This document shows positions 20,034 through 29,393 of a DNA stretch of 64,000 bases, in pieces. This stretch comes from Deltaproteobacteria bacterium. Its GTDB lineage: Bacteria > Myxococcota > Kuafuiibacteriia > Kuafuiibacteriales > Kuafuiibacteriaceae. The stretch lies in assembly GCA_011526105.1 (NCBI GenBank), contig WYAZ01000052.1, positions 5,419 to 69,418 of the forward strand, read 5' to 3'. The notes beneath the pieces are model-generated. The model did no database searches, had not been told where the DNA came from, and saw only the letters and a program-made list of their open reading frames with translations. Position 1 is the first letter of the stretch. Each line of letters starts with the position of its first letter. A program made the position numbers and the translations under genes.

Positions 20034-21512
20034 ATGCCCCCGATGATCGTCGAATGCGACCGATGTCAGACGCGATTCCGGCTCCCGGATGGCGCGGTCG
20101 GCGCGAAGGGCGCCAAGGCCCGGTGCAGCCGTTGCGGCAACGTGTTCATCGTGCAGGCTCCGCCGCCCGCCGACACCCAGGCGACGCTCCCGCCGCCCGC
20201 CGGCTACTCCGGTCTCACTGGGGTCACCGCCGTGACGCCGCAGGTCTCCGCGCCCAGCGCACCAGGAGCGGGTTCGGAGTTTACGACTGAGGGTCCGCCC
20301 ACGAGTCGGACCGAGCTCCCTTCTTTTCTGACGCACGCGACGGCCGCCCCCGCGCCATCACCGCCGTCGCCTCGGCCGCCCCCGGTCGGGCTCGGGGCCT
20401 TTGCGCCCAGCTCGGCCGGACGTGCGGCGCCGACGCCAGATTCGCTGCCGCCGCCCGTGCCTTCGCGCGAGATCTCCACCCCGGAGCAGGCGCTCGATCA
20501 GTTCTTCGACATCCCGCCCCCCCTTCGCGCGCCCGGCTCCGGAAGCGGCGAGGTTCCCAGCTTCGCGGGGCCCGAGTTTGGGCGGACCGCCGAAGTCTCG
20601 AAGTTCAGCCGAGCGTCTCACGTCTCTTTTCCTCCGCCGGCCGCGCACGAATCCTTCGGCCCGCCGCCGACCGGAGCCTCTTCGATCCCTGAAGTGCCCG
20701 GGTTCGAACACGTCAGCGAACTCCCCGCTTGGGGCGTTCAGGACAAGGAAACGGTCCGGATGGAGCCGGACATGATTCCGGATCTGGATTCGCTCCCCGA
20801 GGCGCCAGAGCATGCCTTCGAACCTTCGCAACGTGGGTTGCGCGACACCGCGGAGGGGGATCCGTTCGAGCTTCAGAGCGCGCTCGAGCAGAGCAGCAAG
20901 CGTTCAGCGAGTTTCCCGCCGCGAGCGCCCGCGGCGCGTCCGAAGTCCGCCGGACCCACGCGTCGCCTCGAGGTCGGAGGCCTCGACTTCATCTCTTCCG
21001 CTTCGAAGGCTCCAGGGTCCATCCCGCCGGAGCAAAAGCAACTGCCAGCCTGGGCGATCGAGGTCGGGGCGCTGTTGATCGCGGGACTCGTTGCGACGCC
21101 TTTTTTGCTCGCCTTGGAGGATCCAGGCTCGCCGCTTCGACCCATCGTGAGCTTCCTCTCGAGCACGCCAGGCCCCATCGATGCCTCCGCCTTGGACGGG
21201 GTGGCGACCGACGGCGTTCGCGTGCAGTCGCTCATGGGAAAAGAGAAAGGGGTGGTGGTGCGCGGCCAGGTTCGAAACCTCGGCGAGTCCCCACTCTCGG
21301 ACGTCGACGTCCTGGTGCACGCGCTCGACGGTGATCGGGTGATCGAGACGCAGCGAACACCTCTGGTGGACCCGGTGCCGCCTCATCAAGCCGCGGATTT
21401 TGCAGTCGTTTTTCCCGATTCCCCGACCGACTACCGCCCGCTGCGGTTTCGGGTCGAGGTCGGGCCGCGGAGGACGCCGAGCGCGGCTTCGGATGAAGGC
21501 AAGATTCCATGA
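20034..21512 (+). CDS. MJ0042-type zinc-ribbon protein with Pro-rich linker, a single TM helix and a DUF3426-like C-terminal domain
   Basis: MPPMIVECDRCQTRFRLPDG...ARCSRCGNVFIV is a CxxC...CxxC zinc ribbon. A long P/A/S-rich linker, a hydrophobic helix (IEVGALLIAGLVATPFLLAL) and a beta-rich C-terminus follow. The start is 20034 or 20043. Confidence 0.55.
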   Translation: MPPMIVECDRCQTRFRLPDGAVGAKGAKARCSRCGNVFIVQAPPPADTQATLPPPAGYSGLTGVTAVTPQVSAPSAPGAGSEFTTEGPPTSRTELPSFLTHATAAPAPSPPSPRPPPVGLGAFAPSSAGRAAPTPDSLPPPVPSREISTPEQALDQFFDIPPPLRAPGSGSGEVPSFAGPEFGRTAEVSKFSRASHVSFPPPAAHESFGPPPTGASSIPEVPGFEHVSELPAWGVQDKETVRMEPDMIPDLDSLPEAPEHAFEPSQRGLRDTAEGDPFELQSALEQSSKRSASFPPRAPAARPKSAGPTRRLEVGGLDFISSASKAPGSIPPEQKQLPAWAIEVGALLIAGLVATPFLLALEDPGSPLRPIVSFLSSTPGPIDASALDGVATDGVRVQSLMGKEKGVVVRGQVRNLGESPLSDVDVLVHALDGDRVIETQRTPLVDPVPPHQAADFAVVFPDSPTDYRPLRFRVEVGPRRTPSAASDEGKIP

Positions 21513-21544
21513 AGCGGCAGTTCCGCCGTGCTAGGTTTCCGTGA

Positions 21545-21733
21545 GTGCCGAGCTTTCAGGAACTCCTGATCATCGTGTTCGTGATCGCGTTGATCTTTGG
21601 GGCGCCGCGCCTGCCGCAGATCGGTGATGGCTTGGGGCGGGCTATTCGCAACTTCAAGAAGGGCCTCAAGGGCGACAACGAGATCGACGTGACGCCAGAG
21701 AAGAAGCAGGTCCCGCCCGGCGACGAGAGCTGA
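21545..21733 (+). CDS. tatA: twin-arginine translocase subunit TatA/E
   Basis: MPSFQELLIIVFVIALIFGAPRLPQIGDGLGRAIRNFKKG shows the classic TatA TM helix plus amphipathic helix. Confidence 0.8.
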   Translation: MPSFQELLIIVFVIALIFGAPRLPQIGDGLGRAIRNFKKGLKGDNEIDVTPEKKQVPPGDES

Positions 21734-21767
21734 GGCTCGGTTCAGCCTCCATCGACGGACCGGCCCA

Positions 21768-22694
21768 TCATCGCCGAGCTTCGGAAACGAGTTCCGGCAG
21801 CCGCGCGACGAGCGCGCGGATCGGGGTCGGTCGCAAGCCCAGCGCTGCGCAGAACGGGAGTTCGGTTGGGTCGGCCTCCACGCCGCGCTCGAGCCCGCGC
21901 ACCAGCGTGTCGACCAGCGCGACGACGTTTGCGAGGCGCTCACCGTCCGTATTCGGATGCTCCGGTGGGTGGTGGTGTAGCCCAACCGCCTCACAAATGC
22001 TCGCGGGAAGCCCCCACTTCGACAGCAACGCAGCCCCGATCTCTTCGTGAATGGCGGTCGCCGCTTTGGTCGCGGCCGTCCCGAACTGTGCCTCCAGTCG
22101 GGCAGCGTCGACGCGCGTGATCATCCGACCCGCGTCGTGCAGCAGGCCGGCCAGGTGTGCAGTCTCCGGCTTCACACCCGCGAGCCCAGCGACGAAGGGA
22201 CAGGCGGCGGCGACTTCGTTGGCGTGTGACCAAAGCTGGGCGGACGCTTCGTCGCGAACCAGACGTGCCCCCAGGAGGGGCATGATGATGGAGGTCCGAA
22301 TTCCATCGACGCCCACCCGTTGCGCCGCTTCTTTCACCGATTCGATGCCCCGGCTGCGCGGGCGGTAGTACGCGCTGTTGGCGAGCGCGACTAGGTGAGC
22401 GGCCATCAGCGGGTCCCGCTCGATGGTCGTCGCAAGACACTCGAGAGAAACGGTGGGATCTCCGGCCAGTCGATAGACCTCGCGCGCGACCGCGGGGAGG
22501 GTCGCATCGATGGGCTTCTCGGCCGCGAGCACGACCTGCGCTGCCTTTCGGACCTCCATCAACACCGGACCCGAGGCTGGCTCGAGCCGCCAGGAATAAG
22601 TGCGGCGCTCCTGCGATGCCCCGACCTGCCGGCGCCATTCGGCATCGGCGGCCTCGTCGTCCCGGCTGGACCAGTTCTCAAGACCTTGCGACAC
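21768..22694 (-). CDS. HDOD domain protein (paralog 1)
   Basis: Carries HDOD hallmarks: PIDATLPAVAREVYRL...DP..S...L...IERDPLMAAHLVALANSAYY...AGLLHDAGR...HH. Confidence 0.65.
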   Translation of the reverse strand: MSQGLENWSSRDDEAADAEWRRQVGASQERRTYSWRLEPASGPVLMEVRKAAQVVLAAEKPIDATLPAVAREVYRLAGDPTVSLECLATTIERDPLMAAHLVALANSAYYRPRSRGIESVKEAAQRVGVDGIRTSIIMPLLGARLVRDEASAQLWSHANEVAAACPFVAGLAGVKPETAHLAGLLHDAGRMITRVDAARLEAQFGTAATKAATAIHEEIGAALLSKWGLPASICEAVGLHHHPPEHPNTDGERLANVVALVDTLVRGLERGVEADPTELPFCAALGLRPTPIRALVARLPELVSEARR

Positions 22695-22721
22695 GTCGAA
22701 CTCCTGTTGTGTTCTCGGGCC

Positions 22722-23885
22722 TCAGCCCGCGAAGTTACTCATCACCTGAAGCTTCACCTGCCGGAGGTCGGCGGCAAATGACCGGACTTGGAAGACGTCA
22801 AAGCCGAGCGCCTCCGCTGACTGCGCCAATTCGTAGGGAGCGCTGCGATGCCTCACTGGATGACTGCGCCATAGATGCAGGCCGCTCACGAGGCGCACGA
22901 CGTGTAGGTCCCAGGTCTCACTCTCGAGTGGAACGAACTCATCATGGTGCCGAACGCAGAGGACAGTGAGGTACTGAGGCAAGCTCCAGTCCTGGTGCAC
23001 TTCGCTCCCGATGAGCAGGTGTACTCGGTCGAGCACGGAGTCGATGACTCGCTCGGGGAGCTCGCGCGGCAGCACCTCATCCACCATGAGCGAGGCGAGG
23101 GATCTCAAGGCGATGGACTTCCCTACGTCGTGCAGCAGCCCGCCAAGAAAAGCCTGGTCAGACCGGGCGTGCGGCAGCCGCATCGCGATTGCCGACGCCT
23201 GGATCGCGATGATGGTGGAGTCGTTGAAGAGCGAGGCCCAGCGCGGACCCATCACGGCGTTCTCCGCCCGAGTCCGAGGGTTGAAGAGCGTTCGAGCGGC
23301 GAGTGCGCCCGCGGTCTGTGCGAGGTGATTGAGCCCCATGCGGACGATGGCGTCTCGCACGGACCGAACCTCGAAGTCCCGCGCGTACATCGGCGAGTTG
23401 GCGATCTTGAGGATCGCGGCGGACAATGCCGGGTCCTTCGAGATGAGCTGTGCCAGGTCCGTTGCTCTCACGTTTGGGTCCGCGACGAGGTTGAGGACAC
23501 GCAGCGCGAGGGTCGGAAACGCATCCGGGCCAGGCCGGTGTTCATCGAAGTGGGTGAGGACCTTCTCGGCGATCTCATTGACTCGCTCGTCGTCTGGTTC
23601 ATCTACGGGGCGCGATTCGAGCGGGAGCCCCAGGACTTCTGCGATCTGCTCGATCAAGGGTTGGGCCTCGACCGGAGCGATCTCCTCCACCACCTCTGTC
23701 GGCCGGTTTTCGATGCGCGCGGGGCGAGCGCTCTCGCGAACGGGCGTGGCACGAGGATGCAGGAGGGCCTGCAGCCAGTTCACGAAGCTGCTCCTTCGCT
23801 TCTGGGGGGTGCGGACCGGGTCCGCGGGGATGGTCTCGAGCTCCCCGGAACGCTCGGAGTGGATGTCTTCCACGAGCGTTTTCAT
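22722..23885 (-). CDS. HDOD domain protein (paralog 2)
   Basis: LALRVLNLVADPNVRATDLAQLISKDPALSAAILKIANSPMY...GGLLHDVGK. The start ATG at 23885 overlaps the stop of the upstream HDOD gene (ATGA). Confidence 0.65.
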   Translation of the reverse strand: MKTLVEDIHSERSGELETIPADPVRTPQKRRSSFVNWLQALLHPRATPVRESARPARIENRPTEVVEEIAPVEAQPLIEQIAEVLGLPLESRPVDEPDDERVNEIAEKVLTHFDEHRPGPDAFPTLALRVLNLVADPNVRATDLAQLISKDPALSAAILKIANSPMYARDFEVRSVRDAIVRMGLNHLAQTAGALAARTLFNPRTRAENAVMGPRWASLFNDSTIIAIQASAIAMRLPHARSDQAFLGGLLHDVGKSIALRSLASLMVDEVLPRELPERVIDSVLDRVHLLIGSEVHQDWSLPQYLTVLCVRHHDEFVPLESETWDLHVVRLVSGLHLWRSHPVRHRSAPYELAQSAEALGFDVFQVRSFAADLRQVKLQVMSNFAG

Positions 23886-24877
23886 ATCTCCTGGGCCTCC
23901 TCCAGCATCGCGGGTATCCGGGTCCAAAGGGCCTCGATGTGTTGCACCTTGAGATTCAGTGCGGCGATCGACGGGAACTCCTCCAGGTCTGGCGTCTCGC
24001 CTCGTTCGGCATGCCCGACCAGTCCGTCCGCGATGCAGACCGCATGAGCGATCAGCTCAGCCTCCGTGACGGGCACGAACGGAGGTTGATGGTGCTGACC
24101 CACCGCCAGGATCACCGGCTCCGGCATCTGCCAGCGCTCGAGGAGCGTCTGCCCGATCTCCTCGTGCAGTTCATCCGCGGCCTCCCGCAACGCCTGGGGC
24201 GTGAAGTGGGCCTGGAGTGAACGGGCATCCATCCAGAGCAGCATCCGTCCGATGTCATGGAGCAGTCCGGCGAGGTGGGCTCCTTCCACCGGGATCTTTG
24301 CCAGGGCAGCGACAAAAGGCGTGACGGAAGCGACGGCGGTGGAGTGGGACCACAACGCACGAGAGATCGGATCACTCACGAGCCGAGAGCGAATCCTAGG
24401 CGCGAGGATCGCGGTTCGGATGCCCTGAGCGCCCAGCCGAAGCACGGCGTCCGAGACCTGCTCCACGGCACCGAAACGGCCTCGATGGAACGCGCTGTTC
24501 GCCATGACGATCGCGTGAGCGGCCATGCCCGGGTCGGTCTCGAGCAGGCGAGAGAGCTGCTGTATGGACGCGTCGGGATCCGAACAGAGGCGGGCGACGT
24601 CGCGAGCGACGCGCGGGAGGGTCGCGTCGATGGGCTCCTCGAGATCGAGCCGCTTGATGGCCATCGAGAGCAAGAGCGCTCGAGCTTCTTCGGTGGAGTC
24701 GTTCCGTTCGTCGTTGTCGGTAGAGGTGAGAACGGGCGCTTCGCCCACCTTGTGTGCGGTCTCGGTCTGGGGCTGGCCATGTCCACCCACGATCAATCGA
24801 AGCGACACGCACCTGAAGTCGGCCAATGCGCGCGAAGCTTTAGGGCACGCGATGACCGGATCCACGCACCTCGCCAC
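23882..24877 (-). CDS. HDOD domain protein (paralog 3)
   Basis: PIDATLPRVARDVARLCSDPDASIQQLSRLLETDPGMAAHAIVMANSAFH...AGLLHDIGR. The N-terminal extent is uncertain (24877 or 24661). Confidence 0.6.
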   Translation of the reverse strand: MARCVDPVIACPKASRALADFRCVSLRLIVGGHGQPQTETAHKVGEAPVLTSTDNDERNDSTEEARALLLSMAIKRLDLEEPIDATLPRVARDVARLCSDPDASIQQLSRLLETDPGMAAHAIVMANSAFHRGRFGAVEQVSDAVLRLGAQGIRTAILAPRIRSRLVSDPISRALWSHSTAVASVTPFVAALAKIPVEGAHLAGLLHDIGRMLLWMDARSLQAHFTPQALREAADELHEEIGQTLLERWQMPEPVILAVGQHHQPPFVPVTEAELIAHAVCIADGLVGHAERGETPDLEEFPSIAALNLKVQHIEALWTRIPAMLEEAQEI

Positions 24878-25094
24878 ACTCGGATCGGGCGACCGGGGGG
24901 TAACTCCGAGCTATGGCGTCCTCCACGTGGGCCGATTCTCGGTGGTGATGCACGGAGAAGAAGAAGAGGTGCCGATCACGCGCCGAATCGAGCACCTCGA
25001 TGACGCGCCTGTCGCAGCCACCGTCATTCGGAGGGCGGATGTCGCACATGCCGCCCTTCCGTCCTCGTGGGTTCCGGCTTCGAACTCCGCGATG

Positions 25095-26822
25095 GAGAGC
25101 TGCGCGAGCGACGGTTTCGATGAGCTCCGCCTAGGGGAGGTCCTCGGTCAGGGCGGAATGGGTCTGGTTCGCCGAGCCACTCAAGTGGCGCTGAATCGAG
25201 AGGTCGCGGTGAAGACCGTGCGGCCGGACCGTCTGACCCCGGACGCGCGCGACGAGATCCTCAAGGAGGCGCTGATCGCTGGCAGCCTCGAGCATCCGAA
25301 CATCATCCCGATCTATGGCCTCAGGTGGAGCTCCAGCGGTGAACCGCTGATCATCATGAAGAAGATCAGCGGCACGCGCTGGTCGATGATGATGCACAAC
25401 CCGGCCGCTCGTCCGCGAGATGCCTCCTCCGACATGAGCTTCAACCTGGAGATCCTCCTTCAGGTCTGTCACGCGGTCGAATTCGCCCACTCCAAGGGGA
25501 TCGTGCATCGGGACATCAAACCCGACAACGTGATGGTCGGCGCCTTCGGCGAGGTCTACCTCCTGGACTGGGGCCTCGCCGCGAGCCTCTACGACGACGG
25601 AAGTGGGCGCATTCCTCTTCAGGAGGCGGCGGAGTTCGTCTCCGGCACACCCGGCTACCTGGCCCCCGAGATGGTGCAGAGCCCGGGGCTCAAGATCAGC
25701 CCGCTCACCGACGTGTATCTGCTCGGCGCAACACTCCACAAGATCGTGACGGGGGAGGTTCGCCATCGCGGAAAGTTCTACGAGGCCATGCAGAGCGCCC
25801 TCGCATCCACTCCTTACGAGTATCCCGAAAACGTGCCCATGGAGCTCGCGGACATCTGCAACCGGGCCATGCAGATCGATCCGACGCAGCGGTATCCCAG
25901 CGTCGCTCGGTTTCGAGAGGCGGTCCGGACCTATCTTTCGCGTGAGAGTTCGCTCGAGCTCTCGCGCGAGGCGGAGGAGCTGCTCTCCGAGCTGCGTGTC
26001 TCGGTGATGGAGACGGTTCCGGTTCCAGCCGGGGTGGGCGAACTCGCCGGCAAGTGCTGCTTCGCCTTCGAGCATGTTCTTCGCGCGTGTCCGGAAAACC
26101 GCTCCGCGACCTTGGGGCTGCATGAGGCCATTCGACTCGGTGCCGAGGGCGCGCTTCGAAGTGGATCTGCCAACGCGGCAGAACACTGGTTTGAGCGACT
26201 CTCACGAACCGCCCCTCTGACGGGCGACCTCAGCGTGAGACCGCCGAGCCCGGCCCCGGCCCAGTTGGCCGCTGGCGTCGAGCCGCGCCTGGGCTCGGAG
26301 CCGCTGCGCGCGCCGCTCTCGAAAGCAGGTCTCGCGGTGGGTCTGGGGATCGCCGCCATCCCCATCCTCAGCACCCTTCTCGTGAGTCACTTCGGTCTCC
26401 GGGGTTCCGGGCCTGTCCTGCTCTTCGATCCGCTCGTGGTGTGGGTGGTGTTTCTGGGTTTCCTTGGGTTTTCTCGCGCTCGTGCGCCTCTCACCACGCC
26501 TCGACTTCGCCTCGTCGCCTTGGGTGGCCTGGCGCTCTCGGTGCTCACCCTCGTGCGTTTCGGGGCCTACCAACACGGCTTCGAGCTCGAGCTGCTGCGA
26601 CAGCTCGACTTCGCACCACTTCTCCTCGTGCTCGCCTCTGTCGCGATCTTCGTGGACTCGCGGGCGCGGGCGCCATTCACCGTGGCCGCCTTCGGCCTCG
26701 CGGCGACGCTCAACGCACCCGCTTGGGCGGTCGTCTACGCCTATGCGCTCACACACGTTCTCGCGCTCGCAAGCTACGCTCACAACGCGTCGGATGTGGC
26801 TTCGACCGGAGCCGACCCATGA
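25095..26822 (+). CDS. membrane-anchored Ser/Thr protein kinase (C-terminal multi-TM region)
   Basis: LGQGGMGLV, VAVKTV, HRDIKPDN, DWG and GTPGYLAPE match Hanks-type kinase subdomains. Four or five hydrophobic helices follow at the C-terminus. An alternative start is ATG 24951; the ORF is open from 24525. Confidence 0.7.
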   Translation, partial: ESCASDGFDELRLGEVLGQGGMGLVRRATQVALNREVAVKTVRPDRLTPDARDEILKEALIAGSLEHPNIIPIYGLRWSSSGEPLIIMKKISGTRWSMMMHNPAARPRDASSDMSFNLEILLQVCHAVEFAHSKGIVHRDIKPDNVMVGAFGEVYLLDWGLAASLYDDGSGRIPLQEAAEFVSGTPGYLAPEMVQSPGLKISPLTDVYLLGATLHKIVTGEVRHRGKFYEAMQSALASTPYEYPENVPMELADICNRAMQIDPTQRYPSVARFREAVRTYLSRESSLELSREAEELLSELRVSVMETVPVPAGVGELAGKCCFAFEHVLRACPENRSATLGLHEAIRLGAEGALRSGSANAAEHWFERLSRTAPLTGDLSVRPPSPAPAQLAAGVEPRLGSEPLRAPLSKAGLAVGLGIAAIPILSTLLVSHFGLRGSGPVLLFDPLVVWVVFLGFLGFSRARAPLTTPRLRLVALGGLALSVLTLVRFGAYQHGFELELLRQLDFAPLLLVLASVAIFVDSRARAPFTVAAFGLAATLNAPAWAVVYAYALTHVLALASYAHNASDVASTGADP

Positions 26823-27949
26823 GACTCCTCTTCGTCGACGATGACGAGTTCATCCTGCGCGCCACCAAGCGCCTGTTCACCCACGACGCCTCTCGCTGGG
26901 AGGTGTTTACGTCTTCGAGCCCAGGAGCGGCCCTTGCTCAGCTGGAGTCCATTCAGCCCGATATCGTGATCTCGGATCTGCGGATGCCCGAAATGAACGG
27001 GCTGGCCTTCTTGGCGGAGGTCGAGCGGCGCGAACCGGCGTCGGTTCGAATCATCCTCACCGCCGCCAGCAGCGGGGAGACGGGCGTCGACATCCTGCAG
27101 GTGGCTCACCAGGTCTTCTACAAGCCTTTCGAGCTCGAGCAGTTCGAAGGGGCGCTCACGCGGGCCTATCAGGTCCCCGGAACTCGAGCCAATCGCGCCA
27201 TTCGGCGCGCGGTGGGGGAGAAGACGAAGCTGCCGGTCCTTCCCGACCTCTATCAGCGCCTCGAGAGCCTGCTGCGGCTGCCCGAGGCCAGCGCGCGCGA
27301 CGCGGCTGAGCTTCTGGCGCAGGACCCGGCGATGTTGGCTCGGGTTCTGCAACTCGCGAACTCCGCCTGGTACTCGCGCGGCTCGCCGGTTCTGGATGCC
27401 CTCGGTGCGGTGGTACGGCTTGGGATCCGCGTCATCCAGTCGCTGGTCCTCCATGCAAGCTTCTTCGCTAAGCAGGCGCCTTCCGAGGAGAGCCTGGAGT
27501 GGCTGTCTCGCCTCCAGCGTCTAGGCCTCTCCGCGGGTCACATCGCGGGGCTCATTTGGCGCGGCACTCCGGCGCACGGCGACGCGATCTCGGCGTGTCT
27601 GCTCGCTGACGTGGGCCAGCTCCTTCTGCACAGCCTCTACGGTGCGGACTACCTCGAGCTGGGCCAAGAGGTGAGCAAAGAGTGCAGCCTCGCGGAGCTC
27701 GAGTCCGCGCACTATGGCTTCACACACGCAGAGGCGGGGGCTCACCTGCTATCGGTCTGGGGTCTGCCGCCGAACCTGGTGGAGGCAGTCCTCGTGCACG
27801 ACAACGCCTCGCCGCCTGGCCTCGCGTGGACGCTGGGGAGTTCGATCTATTTCGCGCACAGCCTCGCCGAGGACCGAACGCTAGGCCCACAATGGCGGGC
27901 CCACCCCCTCGCCGCTGGCCTCTTGCGCCGCTTTGCACGTGACCGGTGA
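26819..27949 (+). CDS. response regulator with REC + HDOD domains
   Basis: MRLLFVDDDEF...VISDLRMPEMNG is a receiver domain. It is followed by an HDOD domain (LPVLPDLYQRLESLL...AAELLAQDPAMLARVLQLANSAWY). The ATG at 26819 overlaps the kinase stop (ATGA). Confidence 0.75.
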   Translation: MRLLFVDDDEFILRATKRLFTHDASRWEVFTSSSPGAALAQLESIQPDIVISDLRMPEMNGLAFLAEVERREPASVRIILTAASSGETGVDILQVAHQVFYKPFELEQFEGALTRAYQVPGTRANRAIRRAVGEKTKLPVLPDLYQRLESLLRLPEASARDAAELLAQDPAMLARVLQLANSAWYSRGSPVLDALGAVVRLGIRVIQSLVLHASFFAKQAPSEESLEWLSRLQRLGLSAGHIAGLIWRGTPAHGDAISACLLADVGQLLLHSLYGADYLELGQEVSKECSLAELESAHYGFTHAEAGAHLLSVWGLPPNLVEAVLVHDNASPPGLAWTLGSSIYFAHSLAEDRTLGPQWRAHPLAAGLLRRFARDR

Positions 27950-27965
27950 GTCCATCTTGGGCCCC

Positions 27966-29281
27966 TCAGTTGAGCCGCGTTCGCTCCTGGACTTCGAGGG
28001 TGGGTCGCCGACCCAGGCGCCACGACAGCGCTCGTGCGGTTCCCTCGACCCGAATTCGACCTCGGTGCACGCTCTCGAGGTGACACCAGGAACAGAGCGT
28101 CACCATGTTCTCCGCCTCGTCACCTCCGCCGTGAGCCCGGAACACGATGTGGTGCGGCGTTGCGTCGTGGCGTGTGCAGACGGGGTTCTGACATCGGTGG
28201 CGATCACGCCGATACACGTGGGCCCACTTGTCATCCCAGGCTTCCAGGAACGGCAGCCACGTGCTCCAGAGACTGAGGCACATGAACGCGATGAACGAGC
28301 TTCGAACACCCGCGAGCGCGTGAAACTCCTCTTCGATCGTTCGCCAGTGCGCGTAGAGCTCGTCCGAGAGCCGTAGCAAGATTGGCGGCGCGGACGCGGT
28401 AGGCAGGCCCTGCAGCATCTCTGTCGAGGTTTCGGGCGCCGAGCAGCGACCGAAAGAGCTCACCGCTCTGCACTCGCCGCTCAACCGCCGCCGCTTCCTC
28501 CAGATCCTCGAGCCCGGGAGGAAAACGCGAGGCGCGGGGATCGAAAGACAACGTGATCAGCACCAGCGAGATCTCCTCTCGCAGGCATCTGTAGGTCCGC
28601 GCCCGCGCTCGCTCGATCCACGCCACCGCGTGGGTCGTCTCCGACCACCGTCCCAGCACACGACCGACGAGCAGCGCGGCCTCGGTGCCGATTCTCCCGC
28701 TTTGCAGGGCTTTGGCGAGCGACGGATGACGCCTGAGGTGGCGGCCGAGGGTGGCTTGATGCTCGAGCGTAGAAAGGCACAGATTCGGCTGAGCCTCGAC
28801 ATATGCAAGGAGACTTCTGAACCCGAGCTGCCGCCACATGCGCCGTTCGACAAACCGGAGCGCCAGACCCGCGAGCGACACCGCGCATGCGTGAGGTATG
28901 AAGCATGGCGAGCTCGCCAGCGCTGACCGTCCTCCGCCGAGCCCTCCGCTCGGGAGGCTGGGTCGGGTCTCCGGCGGCGCCCATGAGTGCGCGCCGAAGG
29001 TCTCCCTCGCGCAGCCTTCGTGTCAGCCTTCGGGTCTCGTGACACCAGCGCGCGTTCTCGCCGGTGCGCTCCCTGCCATGGGCTCCGATGGACGAGAAGC
29101 CGAGCTCGTGATGGCCGTGCGCGATAAACAGCGCGTCGAGGAGCTCACCCATGTGCAACCTGAGTTGCGTGTCCGCGCGCGTTTTCTGCTGAAGCTCGGC
29201 GTCGATGGCCGCGGCGTCGAGCCCACAAAGAGGTCGTTCGGATGGAGGCGCGGTCCACTGGGTGAACTCATCGGCGCGCAT
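27966..29281 (-). pseudogene. HNH endonuclease (DUF222-like N-terminal region + HNH), apparently disrupted by two frameshifts
   Basis: Three consecutive minus-strand ORFs lie in three different frames: 28481-29281 (N-terminus), 28231-28881 (middle; GFRSLLAY...LSTLEHQATLGRHLRRHPSL) and 27966-28484. The last carries an intact HNH motif (CQNPVCTRHDATPHHIVFRAHGGGDEAENMVTLCSWCH). Together they span ~438 codons, the size of a single HNH endonuclease. Confidence 0.45.
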
Positions 29282-29393
29282 TTGGCCTCATGGCCTAGAC
29301 TGAACAAGTGTTGAAGCTCTGTCTGTCCGGTTCCGAAGCGGGCCGGGTTGGTGGACATGGAGCTGAGTTCCACTCAGTCCAGCCTGCACAGCC

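Noticed and set aside
21734-21767. Short hairpin GAGGCTcggttcAGCCTC after tatA
   Set aside because: It is a 6-bp stem with no T-tract, too weak to call a terminator on sequence alone.
28898-29314. Plus-strand 138-aa ORF opposite the HNH remnant
   Set aside because: Its sequence is poor and unconserved-looking (G/R/P-rich). The minus strand carries the recognisable DUF222/HNH-like coding sequence.
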